Source of the DNA: Candidatus Latescibacterota bacterium
GTDB lineage: Bacteria; Latescibacterota; UBA2968; UBA8231
DNA length: 64,000 bases
Assembly: GCA_965204725.1 (NCBI GenBank)
Contig: OZ242005.1
Location: 4,864,001-4,928,000, forward strand
Direction of reading: 5' to 3'
Part shown: one piece after another, positions 16,722-26,508 of the stretch
Layout of the letters: every line of letters begins with the position of its first letter
Numbering within the stretch: the stretch's first letter is position 1
Made by a program: the position numbers and the translations under genes
Notes under the pieces: generated by a model
What the model was told of the DNA's origin: nothing
Seen by the model: the letters and a program-made list of their open reading frames with translations, nothing else
The model's database searches: none

Positions 16722-18851
16722 ATGCGCGGTTTGCTCGTTGCGATTGGATTGGTAGTGGCTCCCCTTAAGGTCTTGGCTTTAACGTGGGATTTTGACGCGG
16801 GCACGACTTGGGGATGGGCAGCCCAAGAGAGTGCCTTCGGCTCAGACCATGGTACGACCACGGTGTACAGCGAAGTCGCAGATGGCGTCTGGCGCATTGC
16901 GCCGGTGCCGCACGGGAAAAGACCAGCCATTCGCTTGCTCTCGCCGTTGATTGGGGAAGACTCTGACCTGTTCGACTGGGTCACCCTACGGCTACGCATC
17001 ATCCACGATCTCCCCACCGAGGGGGTCCTTGAAATGTCGTGGACCAATGTCGAGTACAGACGCCGCAAGAAGGAAGACCCCAGCGTAGGGTTGGGATTTT
17101 TTGTAAGCCGTCCTCAAGTTTATTCCACCGAATGGGAAGACATCACCATAGATATACGGGCTTTGGAAGCGGCTCCAGCAGGAGAGATCGATTGGGAGGT
17201 CATTTGGCAGGACACCCTCTTCCACTTCTTCTTAGACCTAGACTTATTGCATCTACACGACATACAAGAATCCAGCTTAAGCCCGGCGGCTCGTCCGACC
17301 TTTGTCGAAGTCGATTGGATTCAACTGACGGGTGCTGAAGAGTTGCTGTTGGGGGAGTTGCAGCCTCGGGCGAGCATCGTGGCGGCCGGGTTGCCTGGGA
17401 CGTTGTTTGCGGAACCGCGTTTTTCGGTGTTGGGCCAAAATATCGGTGACCCCACATCGCACGGTGCTTTGGGCGATGTGGATGGCGATGGGGATGCCGA
17501 TCTGGTCGTGAAATGGAAGGCAATGGCGAGCAGTGGCTGGTCCATAGCGACCAGCGATGGCTTGGGGAGCTTGGTCCCCACCCCAGAGGTCCGCCTCCCA
17601 CAGGCGGCTTATCCGGAGATTGCGGGAGGCGATTTCGACGGGGATGGGCTTCTCGATCTGGCCTTTAGTACCGGTCGAACTATCGAATTGTGGCTCAACC
17701 GGGGCGAGGATGGATTTGAAACCATCCTACAGCTATCCGACAGCTATTTCATCGGTCTAGCCGATGGCGACGGCGACGGCGATGTGGACCTGTTGGTGGT
17801 AGAAGACCGCGACGACCTATGGTCTAACATGACTATGTGGGTCAATGACGGCGCGGGCGGGTTTGCCCACAGCGATCGGTTCGTCCTCGACACCGAAGAA
17901 GAGCTCGGTGGTCGCCCGCTGGCAGGGCAACCAGTAGGCGAGGCCGTGCGCGTGTTATGGTACCGACCCTGCTGGAAGCCGCAGGGGCCGTGGCGGCTGA
18001 CCCAGCCATGGGCGGCAAACGAGGAGCCACCGCTGTTTTTTGAGCTTGGGGAGGTCAACCCCTGCGACATGTACCTGCTGGCCGATCTGGATGAGGATGG
18101 ATCGGTTGAGTTGGTCGGAACGCCCGAGCGGAACCTGTACCTAGGCTTTTCTGGCGGCAACACCCATCACGGTTTAGCCCTGTGGCGCGTGGACGCCTCG
18201 GGCAAGGTGGAACGCCACACTCTGCTCGGTCCGCAGGTGATCGTGCCGTATTCGCCGTCTAAGGGTGGGGTCATTGCCAGCGACCTGACCGGCGATGGCC
18301 TTTTGGACTTGGCCGTAATCAATACCAACTTAGCGATGAATCCGGCCCTGATCGTCTTGGTTGGCCAACGCGATGGCCTGCCCGTCGTCGAAGGGCACTA
18401 CCCCCTGCCCACCATCGGCCGCAGCCTGCTCGCAGGCGACGTCAACGGCGATGGGGCGACCGATCTGGTGGTGCTGGGGCGGAGTCAGCGCGGCGACGGC
18501 GGAGCCTTCGTCTTCCTCAACCAAGGCGTTCCCGCCACTGCCATCGCCGCCGAGACGACGACCATGCCTACGACCTTTGCCCTCGGTGCCAACTATCCCA
18601 ACCCGTTCAACCCGGCCACGACCATTCCCGTGTCGGTGGCGGCGGGTGCGGGCGAGGTCGATTTAACCATCTATAACGTCTTGGGGCAGCCGGTGCGCCG
18701 CGTGTGGGCGGGTTCGTTGGCGGCGGGCGAACACCGGCTGGCTTGGGATGGCCGGGACGCACAAGGACAGCCGGTCGCCGCCGGGGTCTATTGGTATCGG
18801 TTGCAGGTGGACGACCAGACGAGCACCCGCAAGATGGTCAAAATCGAATAG
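16722..18851 (+). CDS. Secreted FG-GAP/VCBS repeat protein F2 with FlgD-type tail
   Basis: Close paralog of F1. Confidence 0.88.
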   Translation: MRGLLVAIGLVVAPLKVLALTWDFDAGTTWGWAAQESAFGSDHGTTTVYSEVADGVWRIAPVPHGKRPAIRLLSPLIGEDSDLFDWVTLRLRIIHDLPTEGVLEMSWTNVEYRRRKKEDPSVGLGFFVSRPQVYSTEWEDITIDIRALEAAPAGEIDWEVIWQDTLFHFFLDLDLLHLHDIQESSLSPAARPTFVEVDWIQLTGAEELLLGELQPRASIVAAGLPGTLFAEPRFSVLGQNIGDPTSHGALGDVDGDGDADLVVKWKAMASSGWSIATSDGLGSLVPTPEVRLPQAAYPEIAGGDFDGDGLLDLAFSTGRTIELWLNRGEDGFETILQLSDSYFIGLADGDGDGDVDLLVVEDRDDLWSNMTMWVNDGAGGFAHSDRFVLDTEEELGGRPLAGQPVGEAVRVLWYRPCWKPQGPWRLTQPWAANEEPPLFFELGEVNPCDMYLLADLDEDGSVELVGTPERNLYLGFSGGNTHHGLALWRVDASGKVERHTLLGPQVIVPYSPSKGGVIASDLTGDGLLDLAVINTNLAMNPALIVLVGQRDGLPVVEGHYPLPTIGRSLLAGDVNGDGATDLVVLGRSQRGDGGAFVFLNQGVPATAIAAETTTMPTTFALGANYPNPFNPATTIPVSVAAGAGEVDLTIYNVLGQPVRRVWAGSLAAGEHRLAWDGRDAQGQPVAAGVYWYRLQVDDQTSTRKMVKIE

Positions 18852-18905
18852 GGAGCGGACATGCTGGAGATGTGCGCCAACCCGAGAAGAAAAGGACATA
18901 AGACG

Positions 18906-20243
18906 ATGAGACGACCATGGAAAGTACCGTTGCAAAAAAATAGAAAGCTGCAAAGCTGCCTAGTGTTGTCGCTGGCCTTGCATCTGCTGGTGATCTTCGG
19001 CCTCACGCACCGCGAGCAGGTTGCCCAATTTCCCGTCCTGTCGCCGATCATGGTGGAGTTTACCAAGCACCCGCCGCCGCAGCGCACCCTCACCCGCCGC
19101 CAACGACCCCGGCAGCGGCCGTTGGCGCGGCGACCCGCCCTGCAAGCAGCCCCAGTCGCCGCGGTGCGCCCGGCCCCCACGGCGACACGTCCCCTGCCGA
19201 TGTTCAAGTCGGCGGCACTTAGGCTGCCGACAGCGGCCCTGCCGGATCGGCTGGTACTACCTGTGCCGGACTTCCCCGCTCGGCACATTGGTCCGCAAAT
19301 GCAGGCTGGGGCATTGGAAGGGACGCGGCAAGGGGCCGACGAGATTGACTTGGCCTTGGAACTGATGGATGTGCAGGCCATGGACACCGGCCAGCACCGG
19401 GCGATAGTGGTCGTCGATCCAAAAGACCGGCGTCAACTCAAGGGATTCCTCTATATGTCTGGAATCTACAGCCCCTCCATTGAACAGGCTGACAGTGAAC
19501 ATCACGGATACAGACCAAGTAGTTGGTGGCACCAGATGCCGCGCCGATTGGCGGAACGGCGGATTTTGCAAGGGTTGGCCGATGAGATGACCACCAAGAC
19601 ACAGGTTCAGGTTGAAGTGCGCGACGCGGTCCGACTCGACGATCCGCAGCTTTTGCAAATCCCCTTCGTGCTGTTGACCATCGATACCCTCTTTGAGTTT
19701 ACGGACAGTGAGGCGGCCAACCTCGGGGCGTATTTAACTTCGGGTGGCTTCTTGTCTGTGGATATTGGGAGCTTTTTGCAGGACAATTACAGCGACGACG
19801 AATTGGACATTCCGGCGGCGCGTTCTCTCATTCGCGCCAGCTTTCAAGCGGTGGGTTATCAAGAATGGAAGGATTGGCAGTTCAAGCGCCTAGCGATAAC
19901 GCATCCGATCTATCATTGCTTCTACGATATAAACAGTCTGCCACGTGGGATGCGCGATATGCACTTTCTAAACAGAGAATCTCCACCGCCAACTCCAGAC
20001 TATTTGGAGGGTATCGTAGTAGGTGAGCAGTTAGTGGGGGTGTACTCGATGCGTGGCTACGCCGATTTCTGGGCGGGAATCGCTAGGCAGGAGCTAGACC
20101 ATGCTTTGGAGTATAACTCACCCAGCAACTGGTTTCTGGCCAGTGCCGAGGAGCCGATGGTGTATAACTTGGGCGTGAACTTCTTGGTGTATGCGTTGAC
20201 ACGCGAGGGCTCATTGGCCCAACAATTAGTCGATGCGGGCTGA
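18906..20243 (+). CDS. DUF4159-like protein with N-terminal TM and Pro/Arg-rich linker (copy a)
   Basis: TonB-like anchor SLALHLLVIF; NLGAYLTSGGFL, HPIYHCFYDI, YLEGI and LGVNFLVYALT; start could also be 18861. Confidence 0.72.
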   Translation: MRRPWKVPLQKNRKLQSCLVLSLALHLLVIFGLTHREQVAQFPVLSPIMVEFTKHPPPQRTLTRRQRPRQRPLARRPALQAAPVAAVRPAPTATRPLPMFKSAALRLPTAALPDRLVLPVPDFPARHIGPQMQAGALEGTRQGADEIDLALELMDVQAMDTGQHRAIVVVDPKDRRQLKGFLYMSGIYSPSIEQADSEHHGYRPSSWWHQMPRRLAERRILQGLADEMTTKTQVQVEVRDAVRLDDPQLLQIPFVLLTIDTLFEFTDSEAANLGAYLTSGGFLSVDIGSFLQDNYSDDELDIPAARSLIRASFQAVGYQEWKDWQFKRLAITHPIYHCFYDINSLPRGMRDMHFLNRESPPPTPDYLEGIVVGEQLVGVYSMRGYADFWAGIARQELDHALEYNSPSNWFLASAEEPMVYNLGVNFLVYALTREGSLAQQLVDAG

Positions 20244-20297
20244 GGGCTATCAGAACAAACTTTGTGGGTCCTTTTTCTACCCTTTAAGGAGGAATGA

Positions 20298-20978
20298 ATG
20301 ATGCAGTCTTTAATGTTTGTTTTTAAGGCTCTCGCCCCGTCGTCGAGCGGGCACGTAGAGCCACGTCAGGTGCTGAGGTGGCTGAGCAACATGGGGGCGG
20401 GGCTGGCGGTGGTGTTCAGCACGGCCGACCAGACGCCGGCCGATACCTGCTTTGGGATCGCAGAAGGAAGCAGAGGGTATCACACAACGACGATTCCATG
20501 CGACCGGCAAGACCCTAAACTCGCCGAGTACTGGGAGGATCATTATTCCCACGATTCTGAGACGCCGGCCGATAGCTCTCGGCAGGATCATTATTTACAC
20601 CATCGTGGAAATCCGGGATGTGTTTATCTGACTTCTACCTGTGGCCCAAGTACGGCCACGGCCACCGCCATCGAGTCCGAGACGGTGATCACCCCCTCAG
20701 CCTTTGTCCTCGGTGCGAACTACCCCAACCCATTCAATCCGGCCACGACTATCCCCCTTACCGTACCCGCCGGAGCCGAGGAGGTCGATTTAACCATCTA
20801 TAACGTCTTGGGGCAGCCCGTGCGCCGCGTGTGGGCAGGTTCGTTGGCAGCGGGCGAACACCGGCTAGCTTGGGAAGGCCAAGACGCACAGGGCCAACCC
20901 GTTGCCGCTGGAGTCTATTTGTATCGGTTGCAGGTGGGCGACCAGACGCGCATCCGCAAGATGGTCAAAATCGAGTAG
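20298..20978 (+). CDS. Cys-rich peptide precursor A3 fused to FlgD-type tail
   Basis: AAGGAGG RBS; SGHVEPRQ leader; CFGIAEGS..PC..YW..PGCVYLTSTC core; NYPNPFNP tail. Confidence 0.85.
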   Translation: MMQSLMFVFKALAPSSSGHVEPRQVLRWLSNMGAGLAVVFSTADQTPADTCFGIAEGSRGYHTTTIPCDRQDPKLAEYWEDHYSHDSETPADSSRQDHYLHHRGNPGCVYLTSTCGPSTATATAIESETVITPSAFVLGANYPNPFNPATTIPLTVPAGAEEVDLTIYNVLGQPVRRVWAGSLAAGEHRLAWEGQDAQGQPVAAGVYLYRLQVGDQTRIRKMVKIE

Positions 20979-21047
20979 GGCGAAGGCTCTTGAGCCATGC
21001 ACTACAATCGCGGCTACGGCCAGAACGGTCTTTTTTGCATATCAGGC

Positions 21048-21101
21048 GTCATTCCCGCAAAAGAACGTCACCCCGTGCCCCGATATGGGGCGGGAATCCA
21101 G
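21048..21101. repeat. REP-like element, long form (inverted)
   Basis: GTCATTCCCGC...CCCCGTGCCCCGATATGGGGCGGGAATCCAG. Confidence 0.65.
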
Positions 21102-21128
21102 TCTTGAAGGAGGAGGGCACTACGAGAT

Positions 21129-22334
21129 ATGGAAATCATTCCGTTAATTCCCGAATGCGACGTAGCGGTACAGCGTATGCGAGTCGAACAAAATCGCGAT
21201 GTACGCACCCAAGCGAAGGCTTGTCTCCTTTTGGGTCGTTATTACAAGGAACAAGGAGAACTCGACAAGGCCGAAGCACTGTACCAAAGAGCCTTTGCGA
21301 AAGCACGGTCGTTGCAGGCGCATGACATAGAAGCCGATGCGTGTAGTGGCTTGGGGCTTATGTATCAGGTCAAGGGTCGGATGGATAAGGCGGTTGAGTA
21401 TCTCAATGCAGCCTTTGCCATCAATAGCCAACGCCGCGATAACGAGCGTTTGGCCGTCAACTATAGCAATAGAGGCTTTATCGCCCAGCTCCAAGGAAAA
21501 ATCGCAGAGGCCCAAGAGTTGCATATCCTCGCTCAGCAACTCCACACAGCGTTGGGGAATAGGGCTTATTGGGCTGAAGAATGCGGCAACTTGGGGCAAT
21601 TGGCACTCCAGCAAAACAAACCGGAGGAGGCTGAGGCTCACTTCCAGCAGGGCTTGAACGTTTGCACAGAACTCGGCGATCTGTCGGGCATTTCCGGCCA
21701 CTATCAGGGCTTGGGGCTAGTCTATCTCGGACAGCAGCGGTTGGCCGAAGCCGAAACCGTCCTTAAAAAAGGCGTTGAGATCGAGGAGCGACTCCAGCGC
21801 GACGAGGGGTTGGCTCATCATTACAGCGTTCTGGGGGCCGTATATAGTCAAGCGGGTCGATTTGATGAGGCGGAAGCAATGTACCGTCAGACGCTGGCTA
21901 TCCAACGAAAATTAGGCCATAAACAGTTTGAGGCTCGCACCTTGGGCGGTTTGGGGCAGGTGCTACGGGAGAAAGGTGCTCTGCAAGAAGCCACGGCGTT
22001 CTTCCAACAGGCTGGGGCACTGTTCGACGCGATTGGAGACAACAAAGGCCAAGCGATGCAAGCAGCTATTTTGGGCGATACTTATATGGACGTTGAAAAC
22101 TTTTATGCGGCTGAGGAGGCGTATCGGCAGGCGTTGCAAGTGTTCACGGAAGTATCGGACTTAGAGGCTGTCGCCGCCATTAAAGTCAGCTTGGGGAGGG
22201 CCTATGCGTCGAATCAGGCCCCTTTTGATGCCTTACTTCAGTGGCGGCAAGCACTGGAACTATACCGCGAACTCCAACGAGACGACAAGGTTGAGTTCGT
22301 AGAACAACTTCTGAGGACGAGCGGCCGAATGTGA
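21129..22334 (+). CDS. Tetratricopeptide repeat protein (cytoplasmic)
   Basis: About 9 repeats of ~40 aa (LG..Y..G..AEA.Y..AL); GGAGG RBS; no signal peptide. Confidence 0.85.
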   Translation: MEIIPLIPECDVAVQRMRVEQNRDVRTQAKACLLLGRYYKEQGELDKAEALYQRAFAKARSLQAHDIEADACSGLGLMYQVKGRMDKAVEYLNAAFAINSQRRDNERLAVNYSNRGFIAQLQGKIAEAQELHILAQQLHTALGNRAYWAEECGNLGQLALQQNKPEEAEAHFQQGLNVCTELGDLSGISGHYQGLGLVYLGQQRLAEAETVLKKGVEIEERLQRDEGLAHHYSVLGAVYSQAGRFDEAEAMYRQTLAIQRKLGHKQFEARTLGGLGQVLREKGALQEATAFFQQAGALFDAIGDNKGQAMQAAILGDTYMDVENFYAAEEAYRQALQVFTEVSDLEAVAAIKVSLGRAYASNQAPFDALLQWRQALELYRELQRDDKVEFVEQLLRTSGRM

Positions 22335-22450
22335 AGCGGCAAATTTTGGCGGCTCTCCCAACCACGAACTGGCGGATTTATGGACCGCGGGGACGGCTCG
22401 TTTGGTGGGCTAGGCGCGGAGAAGCTGCGCTACCGCACACGCAAGCACGA
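22333..22450 (+). pseudogene. Frameshifted relic of the activator HTH domain
   Basis: DNA aligns by eye with 36575-36697 and 9800-9920 (KRQILAAL..TNWR.YGPRG..EKLRYR) but carries indels. Confidence 0.75.
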
Positions 22451-22490
22451 TTTGTGGGTCCTTTTTTACCCCTTTAAGGAGGAATGAATT

Positions 22491-23168
22491 ATGCAGTCTT
22501 TAACGTTTGTTTTTAAGGCTCTCGCCCCGTCGTCGAGCGGGCACGTAGAGCCGCGTCAGGGCTTGGTGCTGAGGTGGCTGGGCAGCATGGGGGCGGGGCT
22601 GGCGGTGGTGTTCAGCACGGCCGACCAGACGCCGGCCGATACCTGCTTTGGGATCGCAGAAGGAAGCAGAGGGTATCACACAACGACGATTCCGTGCGAC
22701 CGGCAAGACCCTAAACTCGCCGAGTACTGGCAGGATCATTATTCTCACGATTCTGAGACGCCGGCCGATAGCTCTCGGCAGGACCATTATTTTCATGATC
22801 CTGGAAATCCGGGATGTGTTTATCTGACTTCTACCTGTGGCCCAAGTCCGGCCACCGCTGTCGAGGCCGAGGCGGCGATCTCCCCCTCCACTTTTGTCCT
22901 CGGTGCGAACTACCCCAACCCATTCAATCCGGCCACGACTATCCCCCTTACCGTGCCCGCCGGAGCCGAGGAGGTTGATTTAACTATCTACAATGTCTTG
23001 GGGCAGCCGGTGTACCACGTTTGGAACGGTCCGTTGGCAGCGGGCGAACACCGACTGGCTTGGGAAGGCCAAGACGCACAGGGCCAACCCGTCGCTGCTG
23101 GAGTCTATTTGTATCGGTTGCAGATGGGCGACCAGACGCGCATTCGCAAGATGGTCAAAATCGAATAG
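22491..23168 (+). CDS. Cys-rich peptide precursor A4 fused to FlgD-type tail
   Basis: Near copy of A3 with leader EPRQGLVLRWLGS. Confidence 0.85.
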   Translation: MQSLTFVFKALAPSSSGHVEPRQGLVLRWLGSMGAGLAVVFSTADQTPADTCFGIAEGSRGYHTTTIPCDRQDPKLAEYWQDHYSHDSETPADSSRQDHYFHDPGNPGCVYLTSTCGPSPATAVEAEAAISPSTFVLGANYPNPFNPATTIPLTVPAGAEEVDLTIYNVLGQPVYHVWNGPLAAGEHRLAWEGQDAQGQPVAAGVYLYRLQMGDQTRIRKMVKIE

Positions 23169-23357
23169 ACGCATGAGGCAGGAGGGGACATGATGGAGAA
23201 GTAGGGGATCAGTTGGTAGGCGTGTATTCGAGGTGCGGGTACGCCGATTTTTGGGCGGGAATCGTCAAGCAGGAATGGGAGGCACTTGATGTGGCCCGGG
23301 AAGTCGTCGCTCTAAGAGCCTATGCGAAAATTGCGACCAGAGAAGCGACGGCTAATC

Positions 23358-23425
23358 TGTAAAAAGTTGTGCAAAAGTTGTGCAAAATTTGTTCAGTTGC
23401 ACAAGTTTTGAACAAGTTTTGCACA
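23358..23425. promoter_or_regulatory. Putative enhancer (UAS) array, copy 2
   Basis: Near-identical to 10068-10140. Confidence 0.7.
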
Positions 23426-23556
23426 GAAAATCGCCGATCAACTTGCGACGACGCCTCATGTCAGCCCCGTAGAGAATTTTTTTTCGCTATCCAACACCTT
23501 GTTTTTCAATCCTTTAGGGAATCCTAAAGGATTTTTTTGTCCCGGATCGGCATTGT

Positions 23557-23572
23557 TGGCACGAAAATTGCA
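23557..23572 (+). promoter_or_regulatory. Sigma54 (-24/-12) promoter, copy 2
   Basis: TGGCAC-GAAAA-TTGCA. Confidence 0.9.
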
Positions 23573-23600
23573 ATAGTATTTGTAGAGAGGCGTAACGGAT

Positions 23601-23768
23601 ATGGAAGCCCTACTCAACGATTGCTTTGGGGGTCATTCGTTTAATGGCTCAATCATCATGCTGGCCCAGAAAGGAGGTGCATCCCGTGCTCGTAGGTTTG
23701 ATGCTCGTCAGCAACCACAACGGTTTGCTGATCCTTTTTCCAATTACTCAAGGAGAATTGCGTTATGA
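23601..23768 (+). pseudogene. 55-aa deletion-fusion ORF: A24 peptidase start joined in frame to the thioredoxin tail
   Basis: MEALLND (as at 10328) + CFGGH + SFNGSIIMLAQKGG..SRRIAL (as at the end of 12645-13349); TGA overlaps the ATG at 23765. Confidence 0.7.
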
Positions 23769-24106
23769 AATCTCTACTTTTGTTCTTGCAGGCGGTGCTG
23801 GTGCTGCCGCTGGTGGCTCCGCTGGTGGAGTTCGCCACGTCAACCAGCGGGCATGTTGAGCCGCGTGAGGGCTTGGCGCTGGGCTGGCTGGGCAGCGTGG
23901 TGGCGGGGCTGGCGGTGGTGTTCGGCACGGCCGACCAGACCCAAGCTGATTCCTGCTACGGAATCTCGGAGGGAAGCAAGGGATCGTACACAACGTCGGA
24001 TCCATGCGAGTGGAGGGACCATAAACCCTTCAGGTATTGGGTGAATTATTATCGCCACTACGAAGGGGGACCGGGCTGTGTCTATCTGTATTCTGTATGC
24101 GTATAG
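23765..24106 (+). CDS. Cys-rich peptide precursor A5 (protein identical to A1)
   Basis: Identical 113-aa translation; four synonymous differences seen by eye. Confidence 0.87.
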   Translation: MKSLLLFLQAVLVLPLVAPLVEFATSTSGHVEPREGLALGWLGSVVAGLAVVFGTADQTQADSCYGISEGSKGSYTTSDPCEWRDHKPFRYWVNYYRHYEGGPGCVYLYSVCV

Positions 24107-24217
24107 CCCGGTCGCCCAGTAGCCCCGTTGCTGCGGCTCCCGGCTGTATCTATCAGCATTTTACATGCGGCTAGGTGAGCTTCTGTAACGGCATACGGCA
24201 GTTGCCAAGACGACGCG

Positions 24218-24252
24218 CCCCTGTGGTACTTTCGGGCCAAGTACCACAGGGG
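24218..24252 (+). promoter_or_regulatory. Perfect 14-bp stem-loop (copy 3)
   Basis: Identical to 13799-13833. Confidence 0.7.
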
Positions 24253-24318
24253 TAGGCGTCCTTATGTCGCTCGAATAGAACATCCTAAAACAAATCTATC
24301 ACGCTTTGGAGGTTCGTT

Positions 24319-26454
24319 ATGCGCGGTTTGCTCGTTGCGATTGGATTGGTGGTGGCTCCATTTAAGGTCTTGGCTTTAACATGGGATTTTGACGCGGGCA
24401 CGACTTGGGGATGGGCAGCCCAAGAGAGTGCCTTCGGCTCAGACCATGGTACGACCACGGTGTACAGCGAAGTCGCAGATGGCGTCTGGCGCATTGCGCC
24501 GGTGCCGCACGGGAAAAGACCAGCCATTCGCTTGCTCTCGCCGTTGATTGGGGAAGACTCTGACCTGTTCGACTGGGTCACCCTACGGCTACGCATCATC
24601 CACGATCTCCCCACCGAGGGGGTCCTCGAAATGTCGTGGACCAATGTCGAGTACAGACACCGCAAGAAGGAAGACCCCAGCGTAGGGTTGGGATTTTTTG
24701 TAAGCCGTCCTCAAGTTTATTCCACCGAATGGGAAGACATCACTATAGATATACGGGCTTTGGAAGCGGCTCCAGCAGGAGAGATCGATTGGGAGGTCAT
24801 TTGGCAGGACACCCTCTTCCACTTCTTCTTAGACCTAGACTTATTGCATCTACACGACATACAAGAATCTGTCTTAAGCCCGGCGGCTCGTCCGACCTTT
24901 GTCGAAGTCGATTGGATTCAACTGACGGGTGCTGAAGAGTTGCTGCTGGGGGAGTTGCAGCCTCGGGCGAGCATCGTGGAGGCCGGGTTGCCTGGGACGT
25001 TGTTTGCGGAACCGCGTTTTTCGGTGTTGGGTCAAAATATCGGTAGCCCAGGATCGCAGGGTGCTTTGGGCGATATGGACGGCGATGGAGATGCCGATCT
25101 AGTCGTGACATGGTTCTCAATAGCGGGCAGTAGCTGGGCTATAGCGACTAGCGATGGCTTGGGGGACTTGGCTTCGACCCAAGAGGTCCTCTTCCCACAG
25201 AAGGCGGCTTATTCGGAGATTGCGGGAGGCGATTTCGACGGGGATGGGCTTCTCGATCTGGCCTTTAGTACCGGTCGAACTATCGAATTGTGGCTCAACC
25301 GGGGCGAGGATGGATTTGAAACCATCCTACAGCTAACCGACGTCGGCTGGCTCGTTAGTCTAGCCGATGGCGATGGCGATGGCGATGTGGACCTGTTGGT
25401 GGTAGAAGACCACGACGACCTATGGTCTAACATGACGATGTGGATCAATGACGGCGCGGGCGGGTTTGCCCACAGCGATCGGTTCGTCCTCGATACCGAA
25501 GAAGAGCTCGCTCCTTCCCTGTTGGCAGGACAACCGGTGGGCGAGGCTGCGCGCGTACTGTGGAACCGACCCTGCTGGAAGCCGCAGGGGCCGTGGCGGC
25601 TGACCCAGCCATGGGCGGCAAACGAGGAGCCACCGCTGTTTTTTGAGCTTGGGGAGGTCAACCTCTGCGACATGCACCTGCTGGCCGATCTGGATGGGGA
25701 TGGATCGGTTGAGTTGGTCGGAACGCCCGAGCGGAACCTGTACCTAGGCTTTTCTGGCGGCAACACCCATCACGGTTTAGCCCTGTGGCGCGTGGACGCT
25801 TCGGGCGGGGTGGAACGCCATACCCTGCTCGGTCCGCAGGTGATCGTGCCGTATTCGTGGCCTGCGAGTGGGGGCATTGCCAGCGACCTGACCGGCGATG
25901 GCCTTTTGGACTTGGCCGTGATCAATGCCAACTTAGCGATGAATCCGGCCCTGATCGTCTTGGTTGGCCAGCGCGATGGCCTGCCCGTCGTCGAAGGGCA
26001 CTACCCCCTGCCCACCATCGGCCGCAGCCTGCTCGCAGGCGACGTCAACGGCGATGGGGCGACCGATCTGGTCGTGCTGGGGCGGAGTCAGCGCGGCGAC
26101 GGCGGAGCCTTCGTCTTCCTCAACCAAGGCGTTCCCGCCACTGCCATCGCCGCCGAGACGACGACCGTGCCGACAGCCTTTGTCCTTGGGGCGAATTATC
26201 CCAACCCGTTCAACCCGGCTACAACCATCCCCCTTACTCTACCCGCCGGAGCCGAGGAGGTCGATTTAACCATCTACAACGTCTTAGGGCAGCCGGTGCG
26301 CCGCGTGTGGAACGGTTCGTTGGCGGCCGGCGAACACCGGCTAGCTTGGGATGGCCGGGACGCACAAGGACAGCCGGTCGCCGCTGGAGTCTATTGGTAT
26401 CGGTTGCAGGTGGACGACCAGACGCGCACCCGCAAGATGGTCAAAATCGAATAG
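24319..26454 (+). CDS. Secreted FG-GAP/VCBS repeat protein F3 with FlgD-type tail
   Basis: Close paralog of F1 and F2. Confidence 0.88.
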   Translation: MRGLLVAIGLVVAPFKVLALTWDFDAGTTWGWAAQESAFGSDHGTTTVYSEVADGVWRIAPVPHGKRPAIRLLSPLIGEDSDLFDWVTLRLRIIHDLPTEGVLEMSWTNVEYRHRKKEDPSVGLGFFVSRPQVYSTEWEDITIDIRALEAAPAGEIDWEVIWQDTLFHFFLDLDLLHLHDIQESVLSPAARPTFVEVDWIQLTGAEELLLGELQPRASIVEAGLPGTLFAEPRFSVLGQNIGSPGSQGALGDMDGDGDADLVVTWFSIAGSSWAIATSDGLGDLASTQEVLFPQKAAYSEIAGGDFDGDGLLDLAFSTGRTIELWLNRGEDGFETILQLTDVGWLVSLADGDGDGDVDLLVVEDHDDLWSNMTMWINDGAGGFAHSDRFVLDTEEELAPSLLAGQPVGEAARVLWNRPCWKPQGPWRLTQPWAANEEPPLFFELGEVNLCDMHLLADLDGDGSVELVGTPERNLYLGFSGGNTHHGLALWRVDASGGVERHTLLGPQVIVPYSWPASGGIASDLTGDGLLDLAVINANLAMNPALIVLVGQRDGLPVVEGHYPLPTIGRSLLAGDVNGDGATDLVVLGRSQRGDGGAFVFLNQGVPATAIAAETTTVPTAFVLGANYPNPFNPATTIPLTLPAGAEEVDLTIYNVLGQPVRRVWNGSLAAGEHRLAWDGRDAQGQPVAAGVYWYRLQVDDQTRTRKMVKIE

Positions 26455-26508
26455 GAAGCGGACATGCTGGAGATGTGCGCCAACCCGAAAAGAGAAGGAC
26501 ATAAGACG

